The notes below the pieces were generated by a model that saw only the letters and a program-made list of their open reading frames with translations, did not search any database and was not told where the DNA came from. A program made the translations under genes and the position numbers. This document shows positions 10,351 to 23,400 of a DNA stretch of 63,192 nt, one piece after another. The stretch spans positions 1 to 63,192 of IMG/VR virus record IMGVR_UViG_3300049261_000006, one strand, 5' to 3'. This DNA is from a virus (Duplodnaviria; Caudoviricetes). Each line of letters begins with the position of its first letter. The first letter of the stretch is position 1.

Positions 10351-10701
10351 ATGTCTCAAAGTTTAACTCTTTCGATTTACGGCCGCGAAATTTCAATTGA
10401 TCTTAACTTCGGATTACTTAGAAAAGTAAAATCGATGATTGGCGGCCGTGATCCTTTTTCAGTTATCACATCCAGCGATGCTGTTGATTTAATAGATTTT
10501 TTCGAAACAATTGTAAAAGCAGGTGTGGAAACGCAACACGCCGGTGCCATACCTGCTGACACAATTACACGTTGGGTAGAAGAAGAAAACTCAGACGTGC
10601 AACAGATTATCAGCTACATGAATGACATTGCCATCGCATATGGATTTGGTAAAAAAGTAAAACCAAAAGACGGTAAGGAGGACTCGGCCGACACACAGTG
10701 A
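10351..10701 (+). CDS. Tail assembly chaperone (G)
   Basis: Located between tube and tape measure genes. Confidence 0.7.
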   Translation: MSQSLTLSIYGREISIDLNFGLLRKVKSMIGGRDPFSVITSSDAVDLIDFFETIVKAGVETQHAGAIPADTITRWVEEENSDVQQIISYMNDIAIAYGFGKKVKPKDGKEDSADTQ

Positions 10702-10723
10702 TGAGAAGCTGACATTTGAAGAT

Positions 10724-11083
10724 GTGATCAGCATCGGCTTTGGAGTACTAGGTTTGCACCCATGGGAATTTGATAGATACTACATGGATGAATTTAACCT
10801 TAAGTTGAAAGGCTTTTATGATCATCAGCACAGTGTTCAGAAACTTAATTACCGTCATATGCGCATTTTATTCTGGCAAAGTACCAGGGTCCATTTGCAA
10901 CCGAAAGATCAGCGCAAAATGGATAAGTACATGCCAGATATTTACGAAAAAGCAAAATTGGTAGATAAAGATGCTGAGAAAAAGAAAGTAGCAGATGTAT
11001 TGGCCAGAGCCAAAAAAGCTAATGAGAAATTCAATCTCTTACTTGCGAATAAACTAAAGAACTCAGATGGCCGATCAGTATAA
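10724..11083 (+). CDS. Tail assembly chaperone (T part, possibly frameshift-fused)
   Basis: LTFEDVISIGFGVLGLHPWEF pattern; frame is open from 10661. Confidence 0.65.
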   Translation: MISIGFGVLGLHPWEFDRYYMDEFNLKLKGFYDHQHSVQKLNYRHMRILFWQSTRVHLQPKDQRKMDKYMPDIYEKAKLVDKDAEKKKVADVLARAKKANEKFNLLLANKLKNSDGRSV

Positions 11084-14000
11084 TATAGGAGTCAAGCTAA
11101 GCGGTAGTATTGATAACTCTCTTAAAAAATCCATCAATGAATTGCAGGCTGAGATTAAAAACCTGCAAAACCGTTTAGGTGATGAATTTGACTTATCTGC
11201 CATTGCTGATCTGAATCTTCAAATCAAGGCTGCCCAAGCCGAAGTACAAGCCCTTAAATCTTTCACAGGTTTAGGGACTCCATTTGTTGCTGCACAAGAG
11301 AATGCTAATGATCTCTCTGACGCAATTGCCACTATTATATCTAAGGCCGCAGAAGCAGGCCGCGCTATAGGTACTCTCAGTAATGCTAAACCAATTACGG
11401 ATATAGTACCGCCACTTGCAGCCCTGTCTGCGAGTGAAGCTGCTATGCAGCGCTTATCAGTAATCATAAGTCAAACTAGTAAAAACGCTGCTGAAGCAAA
11501 AGGAGAACTGTCATCTCTTTCTACTATACGTTTTCCATTAGGTGACGTAGAACAATACCGGGCACAAGTAGCCAGGCTCAAACAAGATTTGGCCACTGGA
11601 TTTGCACCACAAATTTCACAAACACAAGGTGCTAATACCGCAGTAAGTACTGCGCTGAAACAAGACATTGCAAATGTCAATCAGCTGAATACTTCGCTGC
11701 AAGAAATGATTACTAACGCTACCAACGCCAGGTATGCGTTAATTGCTGCTTCACAGTTTCAATCAGCGGGTCAGCAACAAGTAAAGGTAGTAGTACCATT
11801 TGACGAAATTGCGGCTGGTCAAGCCGCAATAGCGCGTCTCAATGAATCCATAAATCAGTTAGGTGTTACTGCTGCGCAAAGCACGGTAAAGCTAATGGCA
11901 CTGGGTAATGCCAGGTTTCCACTTACCAGCATAAATGCATACGCTGCTAAGGTATTTGAAATAAAAAAGCAGATTGACGGCGGTTTAACCCCTAAACTCA
12001 CCGAAGCAAAACTTGATCCGCGACTTAGCCCGCGTATTACTGCTGATCTTAAGAAAAGTTTGGTTGACCTAGAAAATCAAGCCAGACGATTCAGGGAAGG
12101 CATGAACCTGTCTAAAAGCACTGAAAGTATCACTAGGTACGGCAGGGCATTAGCAGAGATTGAGAAGCGCATGGCTACTATCAACAAGGCGGCTGGCAAA
12201 GGTGCCAATGCTTATGTGCAGTTAGCCAAATCATCTGACACTGCGAACTATGCATTGACCAACGTAGGTCGTGTGATCCAGGATGCGCCATTTGGATTGT
12301 TAGGTATTTCTAATAATATCAACCCGCTAGTAGAAAGTTTCCAGCGTTTACAACTGCAAGCAAAGGAAACTGGCAAATCAGTAAGCTCACTTATTGGCAA
12401 ATCTTTGGTAGGATTTGGCGGTATTGGACTTGCCGTATCTGCAATTACGTTTGCAGCAGGTGGTGGTATTACGCAGTTGAAAAAGTTCTTTGCGCAATTT
12501 GGTGACGCGAATGAGGATATTACTAATGCTAAGAAGTTCTTAGAAGAACTTAAGGACAGCATGGACATTCGGTTTGAGGCTGTTGGTTCTGTGCAAGGTG
12601 AAATTGCAGAAGTACAAGCCTTGATAAACGTGGTTAAGGATGAAACTGCTGCAAAGAATGATCGTTTAGCTGCAATTCAAAGATTGACTGATATAAATGA
12701 ATCTTATTTTGGTGATTTAACACTAGAAAAAAATTCATTAGCACAGCTTACTAAGATACAAGAAGATTATACTAATGCGCTTATTGCACAAGCTGCTATA
12801 AAAGGATTTTCAGATGAAATCTCTAAGTCCGCAGTAGAATTGTTCAAGCAAAAACAAGCGCTAAAAGAAGCGGCAGTTGCGCAAGATGCGGCTAAGCAAA
12901 ATCTAAGAGCATTACAAGAAGAATACAAGAATTTCAACAAGACCAGCGGTATAAATCTTAACGTTGCCACTGCTTCAGCAGCCGATGCCAGGATTGGTAT
13001 TGCTAGAGATGAAGTAAATAAAACTACTAAGGTATATCAACAGCTATTAGAAGTAGTAGGACAAAATGAAACTGCATCTAAAGATTTAAAAAATGCCTTA
13101 CAAGAATCAGTCAATGAATCATTAAAACTTAAACCGCTTACCGACAACAAACCTGGTGCCAAAGGACGTAGCAAAGCTGATGTTGATCCATTAAAAGAAG
13201 AGCTTACCCAACTAAAAGAAATACAGAAAGTACGCCAAGAGCTAATAGAAGAAGCCAAGAAACCATTTAGAACAGAAGTAGACGCTACTGGTAAACAACT
13301 ACCACAAGTACTGGCTGAACAAACTACTGAATTAAGTAACCGATTATCTAAAGCACAACAAGATGCTGCTGAACTGCTCAAGACTAGCGAAAGGATATTT
13401 CAGATCGAGACGCAAATTGCGATACGCGACCAAGCGAAAAACAAAATAAGTCAATCAGACTTAGATGCACAATTACGCGGTTTTCAACAAGACTACCAAA
13501 AAGCGTTGGATGCGTATAACATGTTTTTTGAAGTAACCGCAAATCTTAAAACTTCCTATGTCAGTGATTTACCAGACAAAACGACGATTGCCGAAGCAAC
13601 GGGTCTTGAAAGTGGGATTACGATTGACACACCGCTTACGATCTATATGCGTCTTACTTCGGTAGAAACCAGAGATGCGATTAAGAATGCTAAGAAGGAA
13701 CTGGACCGCATGGTCAAAGAATTTAAGGACATGACGGCCAGGGCAGTTTCTACTGGTTTATCTGGCATCGGCGAAGGTATCGGTAATCTAGTTTCTGGCG
13801 ATGGTGCTACCGGGTTTATAGAACCATTTTTGAATGCGCTAGCCGATGGCTTGGTACAATTAGGTAGAGCTACTATAGAATATGGTGTAAAATTATTGCT
13901 GCTTAAAAAGACGTTTGAAGCAACACGTAATTTCTTAAATAGCAATCCTGCAGTATTGATAGTAGCAGGTGTGGCCGCAGTAGCAGCCGGTGTAGCACTA

Positions 14001-14243
14001 AGAAATTCATATGAGAAGAAAGCAAAATTTGCAGATGGTGGTGTGGCACAAGGACCATTATCCGGGTACGATGTAGAATTACACGGCCGGGAAATGATTA
14101 TACCAATTGGAAAATTGAATGGTATGCCTACACATTCAGATAAGACTGGCGCTGGTGTGGTAATTTTACCATCGCTGGAAATTCGTGGCGATAGATTAAG
14201 AGTGATGTTGAAGAATATAGAAAAACAAAAACAAAGAAGCTAA
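11067..14243 (+). CDS. Tape measure protein
   Basis: 1058 aa, Ala/Gln-rich helical; IQDAPFGLLGISNNINPLVESF; C-terminal FADGGV..GP motif. Confidence 0.92.
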   Translation: MADQYNIGVKLSGSIDNSLKKSINELQAEIKNLQNRLGDEFDLSAIADLNLQIKAAQAEVQALKSFTGLGTPFVAAQENANDLSDAIATIISKAAEAGRAIGTLSNAKPITDIVPPLAALSASEAAMQRLSVIISQTSKNAAEAKGELSSLSTIRFPLGDVEQYRAQVARLKQDLATGFAPQISQTQGANTAVSTALKQDIANVNQLNTSLQEMITNATNARYALIAASQFQSAGQQQVKVVVPFDEIAAGQAAIARLNESINQLGVTAAQSTVKLMALGNARFPLTSINAYAAKVFEIKKQIDGGLTPKLTEAKLDPRLSPRITADLKKSLVDLENQARRFREGMNLSKSTESITRYGRALAEIEKRMATINKAAGKGANAYVQLAKSSDTANYALTNVGRVIQDAPFGLLGISNNINPLVESFQRLQLQAKETGKSVSSLIGKSLVGFGGIGLAVSAITFAAGGGITQLKKFFAQFGDANEDITNAKKFLEELKDSMDIRFEAVGSVQGEIAEVQALINVVKDETAAKNDRLAAIQRLTDINESYFGDLTLEKNSLAQLTKIQEDYTNALIAQAAIKGFSDEISKSAVELFKQKQALKEAAVAQDAAKQNLRALQEEYKNFNKTSGINLNVATASAADARIGIARDEVNKTTKVYQQLLEVVGQNETASKDLKNALQESVNESLKLKPLTDNKPGAKGRSKADVDPLKEELTQLKEIQKVRQELIEEAKKPFRTEVDATGKQLPQVLAEQTTELSNRLSKAQQDAAELLKTSERIFQIETQIAIRDQAKNKISQSDLDAQLRGFQQDYQKALDAYNMFFEVTANLKTSYVSDLPDKTTIAEATGLESGITIDTPLTIYMRLTSVETRDAIKNAKKELDRMVKEFKDMTARAVSTGLSGIGEGIGNLVSGDGATGFIEPFLNALADGLVQLGRATIEYGVKLLLLKKTFEATRNFLNSNPAVLIVAGVAAVAAGVALRNSYEKKAKFADGGVAQGPLSGYDVELHGREMIIPIGKLNGMPTHSDKTGAGVVILPSLEIRGDRLRVMLKNIEKQKQRS

Positions 14244-16726
14244 TGGCATACGGTATACAATATCAAGTTTTTTATAATAATGAACAGAACCATGAAGTAT
14301 TAATACTGCTTGCCAAAAAAGATACTGAAGCGGCTGCCACTCCTGGTACTTTCGAAGTCTTAGAACATACTATGACTGATGATACTGAGGATGATGTGAT
14401 TATTACCAGAGAGGTAGAACTAATAATTGACGCCACAGATGATACTACGGTCGACCGCGATACTTTTATGGTAGGTACTTCAGACGAATGGTGGATGATT
14501 ATCTACGTAGAAAGCCATGCTGTATTTGAGGGATTTGTGATACCTGAGTTCGGACATACACCAATGTTGGATAAACCTTACCCGGTAAGGATCAAAGCTA
14601 CTAATTCGCTAAAGCTACTAAAGAACGTAGCACTCACTCGGCATGACGGGACGGCCTTTAGTGGCATTAATCCGCTAATCGAGTATATTTCTGCATGTCT
14701 AAGTAAGACGCTCTTAAATGGCATCTCTGATGATATAGGGATACCGCTTAGGATATATTCTTCCCTTTACAACCCGTTAATGCTGTCCAGAGATGAAGAT
14801 ATTACCTCTGATATGTATCAGCATACCTATTTGGACTACCGGGCATTTAAGGATGACGCATTGAAATTTACCAATTGCTACGACGTCCTTAAGTCCATAT
14901 TACAAGAGCACAGCATTCTATTTTACTGGAACGGCAGGTGGGTTATAAAGCAGACTTCAGAATTTCAATATGCACCAGGCGGTATTTACTATACTGAATA
15001 CGACAATGAGGGAAACGTACTCAGTGGAGTAAGAGATGATGAAGGAGTCGCCACGGTCGGTAGCATAGCCTTAAATTATCCTATCAACGAAGATGCTGAA
15101 ATATCTGCTAAGTTTGCTATTAAAACTTCTAAACTGGTATACGAGTATAAAGTATTCTCAGAATTGCCAAATAACAATAGGTTTGAATATGGTGATTTGG
15201 TAGCACAAGGCCCTATGGCTGATATTTATGACTATAATAACAATGACAATTTTACTGAGATAATTGGTACTTACAAAACATTTAAAATACGTGATTGGAC
15301 ATATGGTATAAATACTGGTCCTACTAGTAATAACAATTTGCCGGTAATGTACCCAACTTCCGATATACCACTCAGAAGGTCAATATACGACATATATGGC
15401 CGCGAGATTACCAGAGAATTGATGTTGCCGTCTAGCAGTCCAGGTGAGCGGTGGTTACAATCCTCGCCAATACCAGTAAAAGCAGGGGCTAGATTTACTT
15501 TGTCGTTTAATTTTAGAACTGAAGTTGATACCGGCGGTGCCAGTACATTAAACTTAGCCAGAGTTTATATATGGAACCCGGTGCACCAGAAATATTCCAT
15601 GGCGATGCAAGATGATTGGCAGATCGCCAAATGGTTTAAGACTGATGGTGGCATGGCCCAAAAGGCAGTAGTGAGTAACTGGACTGGTGGAGATGACATG
15701 TCAAAGTACAGATCATACAACATCGATTCTGGTGTGATACCGATTGACGGCATCATGTATATAGTACTTGAAAATTCTACATTTGGATACGGCGGTACCA
15801 CCTGGTATTTTTCCGGATTTAATTTTGAATATCATCCTTACATAGCGGGTGGTTACATACCAGTAAAAGGCGACTATTATTCACATACTCAGAACGCTAA
15901 TATTGATGCTAGTGAGCGTCAAACATTTTTATCAGATTCTACTGAAAGAATAATGAAGGGTGCCATGTTATTAGCATCTGGTGAGGCCACAAAACCGAAC
16001 TGGCGTAGGCATGGGCTGAATGAAAGTGCGCATTTCAAAGAACTTTTAAACCTGGATTATTTTAACCGTAACTATCGTAGATTTCGTAAAGTAGAAGGGT
16101 CATTTACGTCTACAGAATTTGAACCTATTACTGATCAGCTCAATAAACAACCGTTGAGCTATCATAAAAATTATCTATTTTTGGATTTCGATACTCCACG
16201 GGAATTTAGATTAATACCACCGCTTACACAAGACCTGGGGACCGGCAATATCACTGCCGTATTTGAAGAAGTTAAAGCTAGTGATAATACAGTAAATTTA
16301 CCAGTAACCCGCGACCGAGTACTGCAAGGTATTATAGCCGCGATAAATAATACTACAAATTCTCAGTGGGATGAATTTGCACAAGCACCTGGGGTCGGTA
16401 CTCCTGGGTTTAAACCGATTGCAGCGCTATTTCCAACATTTGCAGGCAGCTATTTTGTACAAACTGATTTAGACGCAGTAGTAACAGCATCTGCAAGTGC
16501 TAATGGTGCAGGTAATTCGCCGTATATGGTAGTAAATGGTTCAGCTGTTACCACTGGTAGTACGTTGGCTTGGTTACTTTCTATAGGACCAGATGTAGCA
16601 GTGGGTAATAGGTTTACGATTACTATATACGGTCACAGCGTAACCTATGAATTGACTGCAGGAGTTATAGCAGTAGATGGAACTACAGTACCGGATTCAA
16701 AAGAATTTAATTATATTTTTGAATGA
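14243..16726 (+). CDS. Tail tip / baseplate hub protein
   Basis: 827 aa immediately after the tape measure; beta-rich. Confidence 0.7.
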   Translation: MAYGIQYQVFYNNEQNHEVLILLAKKDTEAAATPGTFEVLEHTMTDDTEDDVIITREVELIIDATDDTTVDRDTFMVGTSDEWWMIIYVESHAVFEGFVIPEFGHTPMLDKPYPVRIKATNSLKLLKNVALTRHDGTAFSGINPLIEYISACLSKTLLNGISDDIGIPLRIYSSLYNPLMLSRDEDITSDMYQHTYLDYRAFKDDALKFTNCYDVLKSILQEHSILFYWNGRWVIKQTSEFQYAPGGIYYTEYDNEGNVLSGVRDDEGVATVGSIALNYPINEDAEISAKFAIKTSKLVYEYKVFSELPNNNRFEYGDLVAQGPMADIYDYNNNDNFTEIIGTYKTFKIRDWTYGINTGPTSNNNLPVMYPTSDIPLRRSIYDIYGREITRELMLPSSSPGERWLQSSPIPVKAGARFTLSFNFRTEVDTGGASTLNLARVYIWNPVHQKYSMAMQDDWQIAKWFKTDGGMAQKAVVSNWTGGDDMSKYRSYNIDSGVIPIDGIMYIVLENSTFGYGGTTWYFSGFNFEYHPYIAGGYIPVKGDYYSHTQNANIDASERQTFLSDSTERIMKGAMLLASGEATKPNWRRHGLNESAHFKELLNLDYFNRNYRRFRKVEGSFTSTEFEPITDQLNKQPLSYHKNYLFLDFDTPREFRLIPPLTQDLGTGNITAVFEEVKASDNTVNLPVTRDRVLQGIIAAINNTTNSQWDEFAQAPGVGTPGFKPIAALFPTFAGSYFVQTDLDAVVTASASANGAGNSPYMVVNGSAVTTGSTLAWLLSIGPDVAVGNRFTITIYGHSVTYELTAGVIAVDGTTVPDSKEFNYIFE

Positions 16727-17427
16727 ACTTAGACGGATTAATATTAGGTGAAAATATGGTGCTGATGCTCTACAAAGGTGGAGAATACGTGCCATATGCC
16801 TGTGCTACTGAAGTTTCTATAGAAACTAGAGTAGAAACCAAAAAAGTACGCACGCTGGGAGATGGTAAATGGAATAAACCACGCGCACAAAGTTGGAGTT
16901 ACGGCATATCAGTATCAGGCCTGTTACTCATAGACGGTACTAAATTTACGTCGTGGGATTTTCAAAATGCATTAATGGGTGGCGGTCTCATAGATTTTAG
17001 AATGGTATTCGAAGATCCTATAACTACATTAGTGAAAGTAATGCAAGGAAAAGCACTACTTACTAGCAGTTTATTAGCTGGTGCTTCAACCGGGTTTGCT
17101 ACCGGTGATTTTGACTTAGAAGGCGATGGTGCGTATGAATTATTAGATTCAGTTCTTGGTTGCAACGCCGGTATTGACTTTGTAAGTGTAGGTACTATAC
17201 TAGATGGAGTGCCTGGACAAGCCATAATACATTATGAAGGTGCCCACGACCATGTTAGAATAGATTATGAAATAGACGGCGGCGGTCGTCAATCAGTTTT
17301 TGGTACAGCGCCCAACGGATTTATATATGTTAACGATATGTACGGAGAGCACGTATTAGTAATAACACCCATTTGTGAAAATGGTGAGGACGGACAATCA
17401 CTTACAGAACCATTTATAATAGAATAA
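16723..17427 (+). CDS. Tail-tube-like protein with C-terminal beta extension
   Basis: ACATEVSIET..ET.......GKW....SYGISVSGL...GKALLTS...FDLEGDG matches the tail tube pattern. Confidence 0.65.
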   Translation: MNLDGLILGENMVLMLYKGGEYVPYACATEVSIETRVETKKVRTLGDGKWNKPRAQSWSYGISVSGLLLIDGTKFTSWDFQNALMGGGLIDFRMVFEDPITTLVKVMQGKALLTSSLLAGASTGFATGDFDLEGDGAYELLDSVLGCNAGIDFVSVGTILDGVPGQAIIHYEGAHDHVRIDYEIDGGGRQSVFGTAPNGFIYVNDMYGEHVLVITPICENGEDGQSLTEPFIIE

Positions 17428-17430
17428 AGC

Positions 17431-20400
17431 ATGAAAAAAATCATACTGTTTTTATTGATTTCTATGACAGCTATGACTGGAGTAAAAGCACAGAGTGCAA
17501 ATCCATTTCCTAGCCTGGACAGTTTAATAAAATTTACTAATAAGTGGATACGTAATAACCAAGCCGACGCATTTACAAATCTACGGCTTAATAATATATT
17601 AATTGGGCTGTCGATGTTTTCTAAAACGTCGTATGGTGGTCAAGTAGTATCATTTACCAGGGTTGGTGATACGCTTCGTATTACTACCTTAGATTCTACT
17701 AAACACGATGTAGTTTTTGAAAATGGCGCATTAGGTACTGATCTTTCTTATACCAGGAATGGTACTACTGTTACAGTACTTTCGTCTTCAGGTATAGACG
17801 TGATATTGCCGCCAGTAACACAAAGCAGCGCGGGTGTGGCTACTGCATTAGATAAGCAAGCTATAGATAGCTCGACATCACTGCAAAGGTTACGTGATTC
17901 GTTATTAGAAGTAGTACACGTTTACGATACTGCTGCCATGCTTGCTGGGTACATGAGAAAGGATTCTGTGCCTGCTAAATTTACGCCAATAGCAGGCGAT
18001 AATATAGTAATAAGCGGTGCTTACCCTAACTTGATATTTACTGCAACAGGCGTGGTAAAATATACTGATACTTCTAGTATGTTTACTGCATACAGAACTT
18101 TAATTAATACTAAAATTTCTGACATACAAGGATTGATACGTGGCGATAGTACTACTATAACTACTACCGGCACTGGTACTGCTGGTGATCCGCTCATACT
18201 TACTTCTGTAGGTGGCGGCGGTGGTGGCACCATCGGAGTAGTATATGGTGTAACCAATAGAATTACTGTCACAAACGGTACTACTACTCCAACAGTAGAT
18301 ATATCTGCTGCATATGCAGGTCAAAATACTATTACTATACTAGGTACTGTAGGTACTGGCACATGGCAAGGTACTCCTATTACAAATGCGTATCTTGCGA
18401 ATAGTACTATAAGTTTTGCTACTCCTGGTACGTCTGGTACTGCACCAAACTGGTCAAGCTCACCAGTATCGCTTGGCGGTACCGCAACTCTTCAGATACC
18501 AATGGCTAGTGCTACTGGTGTAGTTGCTGGTTTAATTAGCAAATCACAGTATGATATATTAAATGCAAAGATAGGTGCATCTGATACTACCGGTAAATGG
18601 ATTAGTAAGTTATACCGTAGTAACGATTCAGTATATGCACAAATTGGCGGTTCATTAGTATACCAGTATAAAGATTCAGTAGGTGCAGGTAGCGGCGGCG
18701 GTACAGTGACACAAGTAAATACTGGTTATGGATTGTCAGGTGGTCCAATTACTGATACCGGCACTGCTATAGTAGATAGTGCCACCTTAGCACTTAAATT
18801 TTTACGTCGTGCAGATAGTATTACAGGATACGCAACTCCATACGATTTAACACTAAAACAAGACGCACTAGGATATATACCAGAAAACTTGGTCAATAAA
18901 AGCACCAATCCTAGTTTGGGTACTAGCAATACACTATACCCATCGCAGAATGCAGTTAAGAGTTATGTAGATGCAGGTTTGGCTCTAAAACAAAATTCAC
19001 TTTCACTTACTAATGTCGGTACTTCTGGCGCTGCAACGTTAGTAGGTTCAACTTTAAACATACCTATATACTCTGGTACTACTTATACAGCAGGTGTGCG
19101 GTTAACACTTACGGGTAATCAATTCAACGTAGATACTGCCGCGCTATTAGGACCATATCAAACCGCGTTAAATACGCGTGTAAGATATGCTGATACTACT
19201 AGCATATTAAGTACCTATCAAACTGCGCTAAATACTAAACTAAATAATATTACGGGCTATCTTAGCGCCGGTAGTAATGTTACAGTTACTGGGCTTGGTA
19301 CACTGGCAAGCCCGTACGTAATAGCATCATCTGGTGGCGGCGGTGGTTCATACATTTTTACACCGGCTGATTTTAACGAGGCAGGTTCTACTATCTCGCT
19401 AGATTATACTAATGGACAGAAAGCTACTACCTCCTTAAGTGGTTTTTTAGCCGCGTCAGACTGGAACATATTTAATAACAAACAAAATGCCATAACTACC
19501 GGCACAACTGCACAATACCTACGCGGTGATTTATCACTTGCTACTTTTCCAACTAACGTCTCAACATTTACTAACGACGCTGCATATCTGACTAATATAA
19601 CCGGTAAACTTACTGCTGGCAGTGGTATAAATGTTACTGGGTCGGGTACTACCGCAGCGCCATATATAATTAGTTCAAGCGCGCTCGGACTTTCAGCTGG
19701 TGATAAAGGAGACATTACTGTCGTAGATGCAACCAATTGGAATATTGATGCGTTAGCAGTAGGCAACGCCGAAATAAACGACGTGGCTTGGAGTAAAATT
19801 ACGTCAGTGCCTACGGATCTAGTTTATACTAACGCTACACAAACGCTGATTAATAAGACACTTACTTCGCCTAAAATAAACGTTGGTACCGATGCAACTG
19901 GCGATATGTACTACCGTGACGCATCAGGAAACCTCGTACGGTTAGGTATTGGTTCTAGTGGACAAGTTATTAAGGTAGTGTCTGGCCTGCCAGGATGGGC
20001 CGCAGATGCGACTAGTGGCGGCGGTGGTGCTACACTGGCAGACGGCGATTACGGGAGTGTAACAGTAAGCGGTACTGGTACTGCAATAAATATAGATGCC
20101 GGTGCAGTAGCAAATTCGCAGTTAGCCAATATGGCAACTCTTACTATTAAAGGCAATAATACCGGCGGTACTGCAGCGCCACAGGATCTGACAGTTGCAC
20201 AAGTGAATGCAATACTCCCAGTATTTACGTCGTCATTAAATGGTTTAGTGCCATCAAGCGGTGGCGGTACTACGTTCTTTCTACGCGCAGATGGTACATG
20301 GGCAGAGCCAGCAAGTGGATATTCTTTTGAAACAAATGATTTCAATGGCACAACTACTATTTCAATTGACTACGCCAATGGTCAAAAAGTAACTGGTAGC

Positions 20401-23400
20401 GTTCCAGGATTTTTGACCTCAGCGGATTATACCACACTAATGGCAAAACAAAATGCCATAACTACTGGTACTACTGCACAATATCTAAGAGGCGATTTAT
20501 CACTTGCTACATTTCCGACTACAGTATCAACATTTACTAATGATGCGGGATACTTAACTAATATTACCGGTAAATTAACCGCTGGTACAAATGTAAGTGT
20601 GACTGGACTAGGTACGACTGCATCGCCATACGTAATAAATTCTACTGCGAGTGGTACTGGTACAGTTACTAATTTTGCATTTACTAACGGTAATGGTTTT
20701 ACTGGCTCAGTAAGCACTGCGACGACTACTCCTACTTTATCGTTAGTATTACAAGATGCTGATGCTGGTGGTACTATAAAAGGTCAAGCAGGATTTACTG
20801 CAGCAGATTTTAATGCTGCGTCTGGTATTATATCCATGGATTGGACCAATACACAAAAAGCAAATGGTTCTCAGTCAGGTGCGTTGTCATCTACAGATTG
20901 GACCACATTTAACGGAAAACAAGGTGCTATAACAGTTACCAACGTAGGTACTTCTGGTGCTGCTACTTTAATTGGCAATACACTTAACATACCGATATAT
21001 AGCGGTGGTAGTAGTGCAGGTTTACCTCCTGGTGGTACTGCAGGTCAAATATTATCTAAAATAAATTCTACTGATTATAACGCACAGTGGATACCATACC
21101 CAACATTTAATGTATTTGCTGGATACGGAATATTAATTGACGGAGAAAATAATATATCACTAGATACCTCAGCAAGTAGTGATGTTTATATGCAACGTGG
21201 TAATCTAGTTGCAGGAGCAAATATCACTATCACTCCATCGGGTAATCAATATGTAATAGCTTCTACAGGTGGCGCGGGCGTAACTGATGGTGATAAAACA
21301 GATATTACTGTTTCAGGTTCTGGTGCTGTGTATACATTAGATCCTGGAGTACCTGCAACAAAGTTAGCAGATGGATCAGTTAGTAATGATGAATTACAAT
21401 ATATAAATACGCTTGCTAGCAATGCGCAAACTCAAATCGATGGTAAGAATTTTAATTTAGGTTGGCTTGATGCTGAAAATTATGGCGCAAGAGGAGACGG
21501 TAAAGACCTTAATTCAGTAGCAATAACAAGCGGGGATGCTACACTAACCTCTTCTGGTGCTTCATTTACTTCTGCTGATATTGGTAAAACTATTCGAGTT
21601 GATCAAGCTGGTTCATCAAGCGGAGATTTGGTTACTACTATTGCTTCTATAAACAGTAGCACAAGTATTGAACTGGCGGCTAACGCAAGTACTACTGTAT
21701 CAGGCGGTCATGCTGTTTATGGAACAGACAATACTACTCCGCTGCAGAATGCAATTAACGCAGCAGCGGCAACTACCTCAGCAGGCACTAAAACAGTTTT
21801 CCTAAGAAATGGAATGTACTTAATATTCGGCGCGCCGGTTACGTCAGTAAGTGGCGTAAATCCAAATGCTCAGCTCTATATACCTTTTAATAGCATAAGC
21901 AATACTATTACTTCACCATCGGTTAATATAGTTGGAGAAACACCGCCTAACTTATTTATAGATTTTCAAGCAAACAGCTTCCCAACAAATCAGGGTGTGG
22001 TCATTCGTTCTACGAGGTTAGATGCTGGTGCGAATATATTTGGTACGCCATGGGAGACTATGGTTTACGGAGATTATAATTACACTCATCTGCACATGGA
22101 AAACATTACCATCAGAGCAAGAAGTTTTACTGGAACTTCTCATGTTGCTCCGCAAATGTCTGCCTTGAAAATGGGTAAAATATCAATGCTTACAACTAAA
22201 AATTGTCGCTTTGATACTGAAAGTCCAACATACTATTCAGTTACACCGAATAGCTCCACAGTAGGTATACAAACTCCGCGACACAATAATGCCGATTTGA
22301 GTTACCATGAAAATATAGTGGTGCAAGGGTATTATGATGGCGTGGACGCAGGAGAAAATTCCAACTTCGTTAACCTGACTACGATGGGTAACTGGAACGG
22401 TGTTAAATTAAACACCATACATCATGCTGCTAAATTTTCAAGAGCTTCGATAAATTTAGCAGTTAATAATATTTATATAGAAGGACAATCATTTTTTGCT
22501 TTTGATCTAGCAGATTTTGAAGATTGGGGTGTGGGCGGAACAGGCGGATTTTGGTTCGACAATGTGTACGATCTTTATGATGCAAGCCCGGGAAATTCCC
22601 AAGGTCACATAAGATACCAACGCGTTGTTGGCGGTGTAGGATATGAAAATGATGTATTTGTAAAAAATTCTACTGCTTCAACATTTTCAATTGTACCTAT
22701 TGGCGGTGGCGGTGGAGATCTAGATGCTACACTAGCACTCGGTAATACTTCCGACGATAAAATGATACTTTCTGGATCTCTTACTACTGATGCAAAATTA
22801 AGGGTAGGATCTATGGAATTTCAACCGTTTGATGTAAATAACGGATTCATATCAGAAAATTTATATTATAATGGAGCGAATTTTATAAGAAGAGCTGCTG
22901 GTTTTGGAGCACTACAGTATAGTTATAAAGGAAGTTATTGGATTTCATCAGCTGATAGCGCAGCCGCTGGAAGTACAGCTACGGTAAATAAAAATTTTGA
23001 GGTAACACAAGGTGGCCAAATAAGATCTGGCCCTGCTACTACACTCAATCCTTCTTTTATAGACCCAATTAATTTTGTAAGTTATCCATTTTCTGGGAGC
23101 GGAACTGTATTTTATGGACAATCTACAGATGCTACAGCTCGCACCCAATCTATTCTGAGCAATTTGGGAGGAGGTACTACAGGTACAGCCTGGGCTGATA
23201 ACTTTATTACTACTATGGTTAACGGTAAATCGTATGCTAGCGATAACTACTTAAATGATGGAGAAAATGACGATAGCTTAGCTGCAATAATAGCACAAGG
23301 CGGAGATATAGGTAGATTCAGTATTGGTATGTATAACGAAAAGCCGATGTCTTTAGTAACAAATAACAGAGAGCGCTTAGTAATTAAAGGAGATGGAGCT

